Source: a virus
Lineage: Duplodnaviria > Caudoviricetes
DNA length: 64,000 nt
Virus record (IMG/VR): IMGVR_UViG_3300029305_011823
Reading direction: 5' to 3' (one strand)
Positions within the stretch are counted from its first letter, which is position 1. Each line of letters begins with the position of its first letter. Below, in pieces: positions 9,734 to 20,019 of this stretch. The translations under genes were made by a program, and so were the position numbers. The notes beneath the pieces were generated by a model, which saw only the letters and a list, made by a program, of their open reading frames with translations, had not been told where the DNA came from and searched no databases.

Positions 9734-9914
9734 AATGCGATAGCATTAATTAGAAATGAAGCGACTCTCCAAAAGAGGAGCGGATAATAAGTTGTTAAAT
9801 ATTAGAATACGGTTAGGAAGATACGTCCATTTGCATGGACGGTTTTTTCTGAGATTTTGATTAATTGGCTCTTTGTAGATAGTTGGTGACATTAACCAAC
9901 TATCTACATTTTTT
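9734..9914 (+). ncRNA. candidate ~180-nt small RNA
   Basis: Non-coding, GC-richer than flanks; bounded by AACA-N6-TA (9723-9734) and a terminator (9874-9914); internal G-U-rich stem capped by CGTCCAT-ttgc-ATGGACG. Confidence 0.5.
9874..9914 (+). terminator. intrinsic terminator
   Basis: TGTAGATAGTTGG/CCAACTATCTACA followed by TTTTTT. Confidence 0.75.
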
Positions 9915-9975
9915 AATTTTAAACAATTTAGTAAGAGAAATAGTTAACTAAGAAAATAAAGGAGTTGAATAAGAT

Positions 9976-10914
9976 ATGGCAGGATATAAACCAATTACTA
10001 GTACATTCTTATTTAAGAATTTAGGAGGAAGTGTACTAACTGGAAAAATAAATGAAGCAGCTAGTAAAGGAAAAAGATATTCTGAACAAGACTTATTAGA
10101 ACAATTTGTTTATATAAGAAATTATGAAAAATCTTTATTAAAACAAAGGGTAATGACAGAGTTTAAAGAAGGAAGAATAGAAGTAATATATGCTGATAAT
10201 GTTCAAGTATCTAAATTAATGCCATTTGTATTAATACCATCACAAATGGGTCATAAAGCTGTAGTATTCTTAAATCCTTTCTGTAATATGAGATCAGATG
10301 GATTATTAAATATTAGAGGTAACTTATTATACACTTTATTAGAAAGTGCTTACTTAGCTAAGAACTTTGCTGATAATTACAATGCTATTAAAAACGATAC
10401 ATTAGTAAGACAACAAGGTGCTTTAATGTATGCTAATATATTTATAAAACCGATAAATAAAATGTTTAATACTAATTTAGATAGTGTAAGAGAAGGTAAG
10501 ATATTATTTTTAGCATCTAAATTTTATTTAAAAAATGTATTAGGAATAGATAATGATGAATATATATTTAACGTAGGATCTAAGATAGCTAATAGAGTAT
10601 CTCCATATACTTTAAAAGAAACTGATAGTTTAGTAGATGAAGAAGCGTATCAAGATTTAGGAACATTTATTCAAGCTTTAGGTGATGAGAGATTACAATT
10701 AGGATTCGAAGGTAAATTACAGATAAGAAATTACTTATTCAATTATATTTCTATGTACGGAGAATCTGCACCATTTGCCTTAGAGTCAATGATATATTTT
10801 ATATTTATGGTTAACACTGTAAGAAGAGGAGCAGAAAAAGTATTTAATCAAATACAATTAGAACCGATAATAGAAAAAAGTGGAGAAAAAATGCTAAGAA
10901 ATTTATACAGATAA
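9976..10914 (+). CDS. hypothetical phage protein (late-promoter driven)
   Basis: 312-aa ORF, AAGGAG RBS, AACA-N6-TA at 9922-9933. Confidence 0.75.
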   Translation: MAGYKPITSTFLFKNLGGSVLTGKINEAASKGKRYSEQDLLEQFVYIRNYEKSLLKQRVMTEFKEGRIEVIYADNVQVSKLMPFVLIPSQMGHKAVVFLNPFCNMRSDGLLNIRGNLLYTLLESAYLAKNFADNYNAIKNDTLVRQQGALMYANIFIKPINKMFNTNLDSVREGKILFLASKFYLKNVLGIDNDEYIFNVGSKIANRVSPYTLKETDSLVDEEAYQDLGTFIQALGDERLQLGFEGKLQIRNYLFNYISMYGESAPFALESMIYFIFMVNTVRRGAEKVFNQIQLEPIIEKSGEKMLRNLYR

Positions 10915-10930
10915 AGGAGTTGATTAATAT

Positions 10931-11374
10931 ATGAATGCTGTGGTACTTATAGCTAGACATGTCGATGAAAACGGTGTAGGATTAGTAATAGAACAAAGTA
11001 TAGATTGTAGAACTATAGTTATTACACCAGAAGGAGACATTGTTGAGCCTATAGATTATGATGGAATTAATTATATACCTTGTGGAATAAATGATAAAAT
11101 ATTAGTTCATTATCAAAATAATCAAGGTGTTAGAACATTCAAAGTTGTTGCTATAGAAAGAAGTGGACATTTCTTTGAATGTGAAATAATTTATGATGAA
11201 GAAGAACTAATAGAAATGGAATTACTTTCTATAGCTGAAAAAGCTATAGCTGGAGAAATTACTGTAAATAAAGCTCATTTAAAAGCTGATGAGTTAATAA
11301 TTACTTTATTAAGATATAAAAAATTAAACGTTATAGCTGATGCTTATAGTAAAGTTCCTAAGTTTTATGATTAA
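10931..11374 (+). CDS. hypothetical protein
   Basis: 147-aa ORF with AAGGAG RBS. Confidence 0.7.
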   Translation: MNAVVLIARHVDENGVGLVIEQSIDCRTIVITPEGDIVEPIDYDGINYIPCGINDKILVHYQNNQGVRTFKVVAIERSGHFFECEIIYDEEELIEMELLSIAEKAIAGEITVNKAHLKADELIITLLRYKKLNVIADAYSKVPKFYD

Positions 11375-11378
11375 AAAA

Positions 11379-11414
11379 AAATAATAGAATATCCTAATGG
11401 ATATTCTATTATTT
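11379..11414. terminator. bidirectional terminator
   Basis: AAATAATAGAATATCC-taat-GGATATTCTATTATTT between convergent genes. Confidence 0.75.
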
Positions 11415-11415
11415 C

Positions 11416-11607
11416 TTATTTATTTATTATATTAAGTATATTAACTTTCTTATATAATTCCCAATTGTTCTTTAAAGCTTGGGTACATAAGTTTCTTATT
11501 GTATTTGTAAAAGTATTATCATTAGCAACTATTTGTAGCATATTATTAATATTTTCTTCATACATTTTTCTAAACTCAACATTCATTTCCATATAATCTT
11601 TATACAT
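11416..11607 (-). CDS. small hypothetical protein (start revised to MYKDY)
   Basis: GGAGGT RBS before ATG at 11607. Confidence 0.55.
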   Translation of the reverse strand: MYKDYMEMNVEFRKMYEENINNMLQIVANDNTFTNTIRNLCTQALKNNWELYKKVNILNIINK

Positions 11608-11666
11608 AAAACTACCTCCATTATTATTTGTTTTTATTATTAAAGAACACATAAAGTGTGACTTGA

Positions 11667-12184
11667 TTAACAAGTCACACCATTACATATATCAAATAGA
11701 TGTTGTATTCTTATTTCCATTTCTTGTATACCTTCAACGTTTTCTCCATTACTAGTTTTATCTAATACTTCTTGTAATTCTTCCAATGCAAATATAGCAC
11801 TTTGATATCCCATTTGTTTTGCAGCATATTCATCAGCTTCAAATTCATCATTTATATCTCTTTCATATTCATTATTGAATAATTTATCTTCTGTAGCATG
11901 TAGATTAAAATGTCCTATTCATGTGCTATTGTAAATTTTCTACCATTTTCACTCATTTCCATAAATCTATCATCTACAACTATCATAGGAACATAGTTAT
12001 CCATATTATCGAATTGTAAGAATCCAGCCATTGCTATAGCTAATCCGTTGTACATTAGTAATTCATTATTTCTTATTGTAACGTATCCATATTCATTTAT
12101 ATCTTTATCAGTTATAGCATCGTTTTCATCTACAAATACTCTAGTTTCTAATCCATTTATTATATTCATTAAATTATTTAACAT
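11667..12184 (-). pseudogene. HExxH zinc metallopeptidase (M48/ImmA-like), frameshifted at the active site
   Basis: ...KFTIAHE|TAG; the shifted frame continues GHFNLH...DEFEADEYAAKQMG...ALEEL; adding 1 nt restores HExGH. Confidence 0.7.
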
Positions 12185-12233
12185 ATTAATACCCTCCATA
12201 TTTTTTATAATTTTTTATAGGAACATACAAATC

Positions 12234-12647
12234 TTACTTAGCAAATAATTTTATTAATAAACGTCTAGTTTTTAATTCTCTTGATGGTATAAATTTTATT
12301 GTTTCTGTTATTGCTTTTAAGGCATTTTCTTTACCTAATAATTTAACTGCATGGAAATCTGCTTGTATTTCTTGTTTTACTACTAATCCAAATCTATGGA
12401 ATAATTTTCTTTTGAAGTTTGTTATTGAATTATCTACTTTATTATGTCCATAATATATATGTCCGAATTCATGATATAATACGAATTTTTGTGTATTCTC
12501 ATCTTGTTCCATAAATTGTTGATTTACATATATTCTATCTAAATCATTTACTCTACAGAAGCAAGGAGAATATTTCATTATCGTAACTTCTCTACCTTCA
12601 AAGTTAAAATATTCAAAACCAAATTTATTTTTAGATATATTATACAT
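12234..12647 (-). CDS. HExxH zinc metallopeptidase-like protein (M48/ImmA-like)
   Basis: KFVLYHEFGH...EIQADFHAV. Confidence 0.75.
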   Translation of the reverse strand: MYNISKNKFGFEYFNFEGREVTIMKYSPCFCRVNDLDRIYVNQQFMEQDENTQKFVLYHEFGHIYYGHNKVDNSITNFKRKLFHRFGLVVKQEIQADFHAVKLLGKENALKAITETIKFIPSRELKTRRLLIKLFAK

Positions 12648-12684
12648 ACAAGTACCTCCAAATTAAATTATTTTTATTATACTT

Positions 12685-12721
12685 CACTTTTATAATATGG
12701 TATCGAAATCCTGAGAATTAC
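12685..12721 (-). promoter_or_regulatory. early-type promoter
   Basis: Minus strand GTAATTCTCAGGATTTCGATACCATATTAT-AAAAGT-G, similar to the copies at 2175-2303. Confidence 0.6.
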
Positions 12722-12736
12722 GGTTCATACAAATAA

Positions 12737-12768
12737 AAATAGATATATCCATATGGATATATCTATTT
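12737..12768 (-). terminator. intrinsic terminator
   Basis: AAATAGATATATCC-atat-GGATATATCTATTT. Confidence 0.7.
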
Positions 12769-13191
12769 CTTTTCATCTTTACTATCAGAGGATTGTTCTT
12801 TTTTCTTTTCAACACTTTCGGTTAGTGTTGGTTTATCATGTAAATCAACCTTATCACCACGTTTAATCATTTGGTAAGTTTGATAGAATTTAAATAAACC
12901 GTCTATATTGGATAATCTTTCAAATAATTCAAAACTAAGCAGTCCTACAAAAAAAGCGAGGACGACTATCTCTTTAAGTCCTATATGTTTTAAAAGCCAG
13001 CTTTCTAGTCCAACCATTACAAATGCACTAAATAATGATCCTATTAAAATTCTATATAATCTAAAGGATGTGTCTGTACCTCTGATACTATTATACATAT
13101 CCTTTACAAAAGATCCAGCTAATGTAATTAAAAAATACAATGATAAAGGTATAGCTATAGATAAGAATACATCAATATTCATTCCTTGCAT
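12763..13191 (-). CDS. small multi-pass membrane protein (holin-like topology)
   Basis: About three hydrophobic segments plus a charged C-tail. Confidence 0.6.
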   Translation of the reverse strand: MQGMNIDVFLSIAIPLSLYFLITLAGSFVKDMYNSIRGTDTSFRLYRILIGSLFSAFVMVGLESWLLKHIGLKEIVVLAFFVGLLSFELFERLSNIDGLFKFYQTYQMIKRGDKVDLHDKPTLTESVEKKKEQSSDSKDEKK

Positions 13192-13208
13192 GGCATCAAC
13201 CCCTTGAT

Positions 13209-14201
13209 TTAATCAAGGTCATCTGAATTTTCTTTTATTTGTATATTCTCATCATCTATATTTTTAATCACGACCATTAATATAATTATAGTTGCTGTTA
13301 CTAAGAATATATTGATCAATGCATTTGTAAATTCAGTAGTATTTCTGTATTGGATAATTTTAATAGTTACTGATTGATCGCATTGTTCTAATAAAGGTAA
13401 ATAGTTTTCTAAAATTGTCCCTAGAGAAACTGATTTAAATACATATATCTTATTAACGTTTGGATTTTTAGCTAAGAAGTGACTATCAGTCTCTCCAAAT
13501 ATATCACCATTTTCAGTTATAACTCCCATAGTCACAATCATATATTTATCCATATTTTTCATACCATTATTATGGTATTCTGTTATAACGTCCTCTATAG
13601 TATAGTAAGTTCCATTAGGATAATAACCGTCAGTTCTGATTATAGCATAATCAACTCTATTTAATGCTATGTCTTCATATGCTTGTTTCATTACACCTGA
13701 CCCATCCACTTGTTCATAGTATTCATCCCAAGTTAAATATTTACCTTCGGATTCGATATATTTATATTTATCCAAATCTATATTTGATCTACTATAAAAC
13801 ACATAGTCTTTTGTACCGACTGTAATTATTATTTCATCTTTTTTATCAGATAAATCAAATACTTCATCTAATATACCTATAAAGGTTTTATCTAAATTCA
13901 TATTAACTATATTATCATATATTTCATCAATATTCATCGATTCTATCATTATTCTATGCAATGTTAATGAATCATTTTTTGTATTTCGTTCAGTCATATC
14001 ATGTGTTTCCATTAGAATTGCTCGTAATATAGTATGAATATTTTCATCAGTATTTTTTTCTATAGCTGCTATTTCTTGATTATAACTTTTATATGTCTTG
14101 TATAGATTGAATGCTCTAAAACCTCCTGCAAAAAATAAAATCAGACATGCCACCATGAGCAAATATTTTCTAAGCACGTTTTTCTCAAAAATAGATTTCA
14201 T
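13209..14201 (-). CDS. membrane protein with N- and C-terminal TM helices and a large intervening domain
   Basis: LLMVACLILFFAGG and ALINIFLVTATIIILMVVI hydrophobic segments. Confidence 0.7.
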   Translation of the reverse strand: MKSIFEKNVLRKYLLMVACLILFFAGGFRAFNLYKTYKSYNQEIAAIEKNTDENIHTILRAILMETHDMTERNTKNDSLTLHRIMIESMNIDEIYDNIVNMNLDKTFIGILDEVFDLSDKKDEIIITVGTKDYVFYSRSNIDLDKYKYIESEGKYLTWDEYYEQVDGSGVMKQAYEDIALNRVDYAIIRTDGYYPNGTYYTIEDVITEYHNNGMKNMDKYMIVTMGVITENGDIFGETDSHFLAKNPNVNKIYVFKSVSLGTILENYLPLLEQCDQSVTIKIIQYRNTTEFTNALINIFLVTATIIILMVVIKNIDDENIQIKENSDDLD

Positions 14202-14971
14202 TATATAAACACCACCATAAAGTCAGATATTTCTAAAGACGATCCTACAGCACAGTCTCCAAATATCTTAATATCTAAAGCGTATGGCTTTCCTTCTTCT
14301 TTTACAAATTCAGGTATTTCAAAAAAGTCTGCAGATAATATTGCTTCATTAGCATTAAACCAATGAGGGTTAGCATCTAATGCATTGAAAGTAATAGAGC
14401 AACCAAGAGTAGGAGCTCCAAGCATTTCTATAATATGTTTTATTTTATATTTTTTAGGTTGGGTAATTAATTCTATAGGTTCAGTTAATCTAACATCTAT
14501 ACCATATCCTGGTAAAGCTTTAACAGATCCTGGTACATGTAAACCAGTAACTAGATTAAGATGTTCTAAGTCTCTAAAGTTTTCTCTAAATAAAACTTTT
14601 AACACTAATCTATGATCTAACATTCCTGCTAATTCATATACTAAAGTAGCAACATCGTCAGATAATGCTTCTTGAGTAGATTGAAGAACAGTATTATTTT
14701 GTGTTATTATGCTACTATCTTTGTATATATCTGTTATTACAATATCAGTGAAATTATCAGGAACTATTGGTCCAGTAACACCATCTTTAGTTATAGTAAC
14801 AACTTTGAATATACCATCTTGTTGTATTATAACACTATCACCTTTATTATATATTTTATTCTCATCGTATATTTCAGGTATTTTACCACCGAATAAAACA
14901 TTTAATATTAAGTTATAACTATTTATAACTTCTTCATTTACAACTTTTTTAACAAATGTAAGCTTAGCCAA
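14201..14971 (-). CDS. hypothetical protein, probably virion-associated
   Basis: 256-aa ORF in a late operon; YDENKIYNKGDSV motif. Confidence 0.65.
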   Translation of the reverse strand: MAKLTFVKKVVNEEVINSYNLILNVLFGGKIPEIYDENKIYNKGDSVIIQQDGIFKVVTITKDGVTGPIVPDNFTDIVITDIYKDSSIITQNNTVLQSTQEALSDDVATLVYELAGMLDHRLVLKVLFRENFRDLEHLNLVTGLHVPGSVKALPGYGIDVRLTEPIELITQPKKYKIKHIIEMLGAPTLGCSITFNALDANPHWFNANEAILSADFFEIPEFVKEEGKPYALDIKIFGDCAVGSSLEISDFMVVFI

Positions 14972-14983
14972 TTTTCACACCTC

Positions 14984-15616
14984 CTAATGATTTATAGTCA
15001 CAAATAGGTTATGTAATAATATTGTATTATTAGCACCGATATTTGCAGCTTTTCCTATAGTAATATTCATTATTTTTATAGAAGATACTTTTCCTTTAAG
15101 CTCTAAAGGAATTTTATTAAAGTTTATACTAGATAAATCTTTATCTACACGCACATATCTAGTAACCCCGTCTTCTACAATTTCTATTAATATTTTAACG
15201 TTACCATCACTATGGATTAATTGAGGATCCCCGTTTAATATCTTATATTCATCTAGGTCTAAATGAATAAGTAGTTCTTTAGCATCTACAGGTATATTAA
15301 TAGGTTCTTGTTGAAGTATATTGTCATCATAATCTACGAATCCAGGCAATACTATATTTTCAAAATCTACATGATATATGTCACCAGTCATACCAACTAA
15401 TTCTGCAATTCTTACAGCTTCATTAGTTGCAGCTTTAGCACGGTTCATTATATCTGCAGATAGGACTATACCTTCTTTAGTTTTGATATAGAATTCTCCA
15501 GAATATTTACCTACTAATATTTCTTCATTAAGAGCTTCTGCTTTTCTCTCTCTAGACAGAGCAGATATAGCAAATCTTTGTATTAATTCACTCAAAGCTT
15601 GATTACTCATAATCAT
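14984..15616 (-). CDS. hypothetical protein, probably virion-associated
   Basis: 210-aa ORF, AAAGGAG RBS, late promoter at 15646-15657. Confidence 0.7.
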   Translation of the reverse strand: MIMSNQALSELIQRFAISALSRERKAEALNEEILVGKYSGEFYIKTKEGIVLSADIMNRAKAATNEAVRIAELVGMTGDIYHVDFENIVLPGFVDYDDNILQQEPINIPVDAKELLIHLDLDEYKILNGDPQLIHSDGNVKILIEIVEDGVTRYVRVDKDLSSINFNKIPLELKGKVSSIKIMNITIGKAANIGANNTILLHNLFVTINH

Positions 15617-15649
15617 TTACTCTCCTTTCAAATTTATAAATTTATTAAA

Positions 15650-15685
15650 TAATTGTTTTCTGGGGCAATCCCCAGAAAACAATTA
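15650..15685 (-). terminator. terminator hairpin overlapping a late promoter
   Basis: TAATTGTTTTCTGGGG-caat-CCCCAGAAAACAATTA. Confidence 0.7.
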
Positions 15686-15690
15686 TAATT

Positions 15691-18600
15691 CTAAGCATCA
15701 GGGTTTACAGGTAATATAGTTTTTTCATCATCTTTTCTATTTTCACCATATACATCAAATCCTAAAATTAATGGACCGCTTTCATCAGTAAGATCTTTAT
15801 AAGTATTAATTTCATATTGTGATAGTTGTAAATAATCAGGGTTAATCATACCAAATGATCCTACCAAGAAATTATAAAGCTGTCTCACAACATAATCTAA
15901 AGGATTAATTGTAGTACCAGTATTAGGAACTTCATCGTCTGTTAAATTTTCGTTATCTGCTACAGAACCATTTAAATTATCAGCAAAATCTTTATCAGTT
16001 TCAAATAAATCATCTATTATATCTCTAAATACATCAAATCCACCAAAGTATTCTCTATCTCTAGAGTTTTCTATTATTTCTAATCCATGTAATGAATCAG
16101 ATTTTAATATCTTAATTAAATTTGCAGAAACTATCTCAACGTCTTTTTTAACTAGTTTCTTACCATTTAAATAAATATCATACCATTTAAAATCAAATGG
16201 TTTATCTATTTTACCCTTTAAGTTAATTACTTTATCGCTAGGGATGGATTCTAAATAACAAACTTGTTTCATCATATAAGGCATACATTCAACAGATATA
16301 TTATAATGAACTCCTAGCATACGCTTAATCCCTAATCTTAACTCTGCTTCTGAGAATATAGTATAATCAGGGAAACAAACTGAGGCTATATGTCTAGGTA
16401 TTAATCTACCATTATTATATACTCTAAAATATCTATAATCATTCTTAGACATAGTTTTAAATATTATAGGGTAGAAGTCTAATTCTGGATCTCTATCCCA
16501 GTTAAGTGGTGCCGTTGCTAACCTACCATTATATGTCATTAATATAAAGAAATAACCATTTTCATCTTCAATATGTATTTCATTGCATACTTCTACATCT
16601 TTTGTACATAATTCAGTTGATAGTCTATTATGATCGTTAAGGAAAATTCTATAAACCGCATTATCATTAACATCTTCAGTATACATATCTTTGAAAATGA
16701 TTGAGTTGTCTAGGTCAATTTCAGATTCGTCTTCAATAGGAATTAGTTGTAGTCTTCCTTTGAATATATCTGCTTCATATAAGTCACCTTCATCATTTCT
16801 GAAGTATAAACTTGGGCATTCATGAATATTATAAAATCTAGATCTTATTTGATCTTTTAATACAGGAACTTTACGAGGTGTACCATCTACATCATATATT
16901 AACATTTCTTCTACTAATAAATCATCTTCAATAACTTCATAGTTATGATGTTTTTTAATGTATAATGATAAATCTTTTCCTATATATTCATTATCTAATA
17001 TTCTTATTTTTATTTCTTTAGGACAAGGTAAGAATACATCATTTATATCAACTAAACTTAAACCACCTTCAGCTAATGTTTTTCCTTTACCATCATCTTC
17101 AGTGATTTCTATTTTAACAACTCCATTATCCATTTTGAATTGATATACCATTTTCTTATCCATAGATCTAACTTTATTTGTAAGATAACCGTTTATAGAG
17201 TCAACTTTATTAAATTTAGCTTTATTATTTTCCATATCAAATTGATAGAAATTATTATCATCACTTTGTAATGCTAGGAAGAATGCGTTATCTGCAATTT
17301 CCATTTCATCGTCAGTGTATATCTCTATTAATCCATGGTCTAATATAGCTAATTGGAAATAACCGCTATCTGTTTCAGTTATAACATAGTCTAATATAAT
17401 GTCAGATTCTATATCATCCATATGGAATTTAACTGGTAATATTATTTGATAAGCGTCTGTAGGTAAATATTTGCCTGTAGCTTTATCAACTATAAATAAG
17501 TCATTATAAAGAGTTTTGTTTCTTACAGCAAAATCACCTATATTAATTCTAATTATATCAGTTAAATTTCTAGCTCTAAATGGTATTTCTTTTTTAACAT
17601 CTGTAACTTTTTCTATTTCTAATACAGTATCAGGTTGAACTAGTTCACAAGGTATATAAACGTAGTCTAACATATCAGTTCTAAATACTTGAATTTGTTC
17701 TTGATATCTAGTACCATCGACATGAATTATTATCTCATCATACATACCTCTAAAGTCATTTCTGAATACGAACATGTACATATCTTCTTCAAATTCAGCG
17801 TAAGTTAATTTAGTATCTTTATTATCTTTTCTTTTTCTTAAACTTAGGTCTATTTTAGAAACATCCACGTAGTAATAATTATTTCCTAATCCTAAGTTTC
17901 TTAAATAACGTTTAAAGTTATTTGGGTCAGCTTTAATGAATTCTCTCATCTTAGCTATTTTATATCTGAAGTGATCATCGTATTCTTCAGACTTATGATA
18001 GTTATCGATTGTATAATCTACTACAGTAGGATCAAAATCTCTAACCATTGGATTTATTGTACCATTTTTATATTTTTCAAGATAATCTGGTACGTATTTA
18101 TGATATGCTGCTAACATATCTAAATGCTTAAGTTGATTATATTTATTTTCATAATAGAATACGTATACATATAAATCAGTCACTTCTATTATTTCATCTA
18201 TATTTTCTATAGAATAAACGTTAGGATAATAATGAGTAACTTTAGCATCATGAATAAATTTACCAGTTATATCTGTAACTAAACAGTTCTCTACAGCAAC
18301 TGGATAATCTTGCATTGGTATTTCGAACCATTTATTACCTTTTTGAATAGGTATTCTATCTAAAAGATGTCTTAAAGGAATTAATGTTATATCTGTTGCA
18401 GTATTGTTAGGATTAGTTCTTATCATCTCATTTACATCATCATTATTTATAAATAATCCAGTATCCGTAAGTTCACCAGAAGTAGCTACAGAACTAACTG
18501 AATCAACATGATTCATATAAATTAATGAATTATTGTAATCTATATGTTCTGGTAAATTAAGGTTTCTTAAAGGAATACCTGTAGAATTATTTAATGTTCT

Positions 18601-19170
18601 TATTCTATATGCGTTAGTTGATATATTTTTAATTCCTATATTAGGTATAAAATATATTGTAACTCTTGCATCGTTTTCTAAGAATTTTCTCATAGCATCG
18701 ATAGTTATACCTTCTTTAGAAGGTAGTTCTTGACAATTTATTACAAGATAAGTTTTATCTTCTTTACATAATATTTGGATACCTCTAAGATATAATGTAC
18801 CATCGATAAATAATAAGAAAGTAGAATCGAATAAATCTGGTCTATTTTTTATATCATCGAAAGATAATTCTTTTTCATATAATTCCGATCTCTTATATGC
18901 TAGACGTTTACCTACATTTATAAATTCATGCTCTAAGTAGAAAACCCATTTTCTAGGAACTAATGTGTAAGTATGATTAACTTTATTAGTTCTATAAATT
19001 TCTCGCATTCCGAAATCAAATCGTCTATATCCAGTAGAATCTAATTGGAATTTTCTTAGATATTGGAACGCTGACATTTTTGATTCTTCTATAGATTTTT
19101 CTACTGTATCTAAATCAAAAGTGTTATTTTTATAAGCGTCATATCTAAATTGATATCTCTCTATATCCAT
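15691..19170 (-). CDS. large putative virion structural protein
   Basis: 1159-aa ORF, AAGGAGG RBS, late promoter at 19205-19216; recurring F/V.NG beta motifs typical of jumbo-phage structural proteins (inference). Confidence 0.6.
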   Translation of the reverse strand: MDIERYQFRYDAYKNNTFDLDTVEKSIEESKMSAFQYLRKFQLDSTGYRRFDFGMREIYRTNKVNHTYTLVPRKWVFYLEHEFINVGKRLAYKRSELYEKELSFDDIKNRPDLFDSTFLLFIDGTLYLRGIQILCKEDKTYLVINCQELPSKEGITIDAMRKFLENDARVTIYFIPNIGIKNISTNAYRIRTLNNSTGIPLRNLNLPEHIDYNNSLIYMNHVDSVSSVATSGELTDTGLFINNDDVNEMIRTNPNNTATDITLIPLRHLLDRIPIQKGNKWFEIPMQDYPVAVENCLVTDITGKFIHDAKVTHYYPNVYSIENIDEIIEVTDLYVYVFYYENKYNQLKHLDMLAAYHKYVPDYLEKYKNGTINPMVRDFDPTVVDYTIDNYHKSEEYDDHFRYKIAKMREFIKADPNNFKRYLRNLGLGNNYYYVDVSKIDLSLRKRKDNKDTKLTYAEFEEDMYMFVFRNDFRGMYDEIIIHVDGTRYQEQIQVFRTDMLDYVYIPCELVQPDTVLEIEKVTDVKKEIPFRARNLTDIIRINIGDFAVRNKTLYNDLFIVDKATGKYLPTDAYQIILPVKFHMDDIESDIILDYVITETDSGYFQLAILDHGLIEIYTDDEMEIADNAFFLALQSDDNNFYQFDMENNKAKFNKVDSINGYLTNKVRSMDKKMVYQFKMDNGVVKIEITEDDGKGKTLAEGGLSLVDINDVFLPCPKEIKIRILDNEYIGKDLSLYIKKHHNYEVIEDDLLVEEMLIYDVDGTPRKVPVLKDQIRSRFYNIHECPSLYFRNDEGDLYEADIFKGRLQLIPIEDESEIDLDNSIIFKDMYTEDVNDNAVYRIFLNDHNRLSTELCTKDVEVCNEIHIEDENGYFFILMTYNGRLATAPLNWDRDPELDFYPIIFKTMSKNDYRYFRVYNNGRLIPRHIASVCFPDYTIFSEAELRLGIKRMLGVHYNISVECMPYMMKQVCYLESIPSDKVINLKGKIDKPFDFKWYDIYLNGKKLVKKDVEIVSANLIKILKSDSLHGLEIIENSRDREYFGGFDVFRDIIDDLFETDKDFADNLNGSVADNENLTDDEVPNTGTTINPLDYVVRQLYNFLVGSFGMINPDYLQLSQYEINTYKDLTDESGPLILGFDVYGENRKDDEKTILPVNPDA

Positions 19171-19300
19171 ATTAAAGCCTCCTTTTTAAAATAGTTTTTA
19201 TCCTTAATAGTTTGTTTTTTGAGTAGTTGGAGAAAGGGTTGTTAAAAATTATATAGTATATAACAAAATAATATGAAAGAAAATAATTAAATGGAGGTAA

Positions 19301-20005
19301 TTGAATATGAGTGAAAAAAGAGATATGAAAGAAGTAATAGAAAAAGCATTAAAGGAAGTGTTAAAAAAACATAAAGAAATAAACCATACAGAAGAGGAAG
19401 AGGTTGAAGAAGAGGTTGTTATAGAACCTTTTATTTTAATAGATTCAGAGTTAGTTGAAGAAATAGGAGAAATACAAGAATTTACAAATTTATCAGATAT
19501 AGTTCATCCTGAAGCATGCCCTTCAGTAGAAATACATGAAGAAGACATAGTTCCAGATGAATTCAAGGATTCATTTGTATCAACAGAGGAATTATTAGAT
19601 ATAGCAGATGAAATTAAACCGTTAGATGCTGATAATATAATATTATGTGATGTAAGTGGAAATGAAAGAATTTTAGTTAATGGAGAGAACTGTAATATAA
19701 GAAGAATTCCATTATTAAAATTAGTATTATTAACACCACCAAACTTACAAATATTAGATGACATAATGATTAATGGTAATCTAGAAAGTGTTGGTGAAAT
19801 AGAATTGAAAGTTGTATTTAATATTGACGGACAATATATAGTAATTAATAGTGATATACAATCATTAATAACAGTAGGTTTATTATCAGTTCTTGAAGAT
19901 GATGACGAAGACGTTATACCAACTTATTCTTGTTCTCCAGTTGAATGGAGAGGAATAGTTAGTAAGATAACTCTAGAAGAACTTGAATCTATATTAAATA
20001 ATTAA
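19301..20005 (+). CDS. acidic hypothetical protein
   Basis: 234-aa E/D-rich ORF, GGAGG RBS, late promoter at 19262-19273. Confidence 0.7.
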   Translation: MNMSEKRDMKEVIEKALKEVLKKHKEINHTEEEEVEEEVVIEPFILIDSELVEEIGEIQEFTNLSDIVHPEACPSVEIHEEDIVPDEFKDSFVSTEELLDIADEIKPLDADNIILCDVSGNERILVNGENCNIRRIPLLKLVLLTPPNLQILDDIMINGNLESVGEIELKVVFNIDGQYIVINSDIQSLITVGLLSVLEDDDEDVIPTYSCSPVEWRGIVSKITLEELESILNN

Positions 20006-20019
20006 AGGAGTGAACTAAT

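Noticed and set aside
9735-9800. Self-cleaving ribozyme or SRP RNA
   Set aside because: No hammerhead CUGANGA core or SRP helix-8 motif recognisable by eye; kept only as an unassigned ncRNA candidate
11915-11917. TAG stop-codon reassignment/readthrough
   Set aside because: The HExGH continuation is in a different frame, and TAG terminates other genes normally (e.g. 4971-4973)
816-19764. Short ORFs antisense to the main genes (e.g. 816, 1698, 3535, 5932, 12908, 14385, 19504)
   Set aside because: Fully overlap better-supported genes and lack evident RBSs
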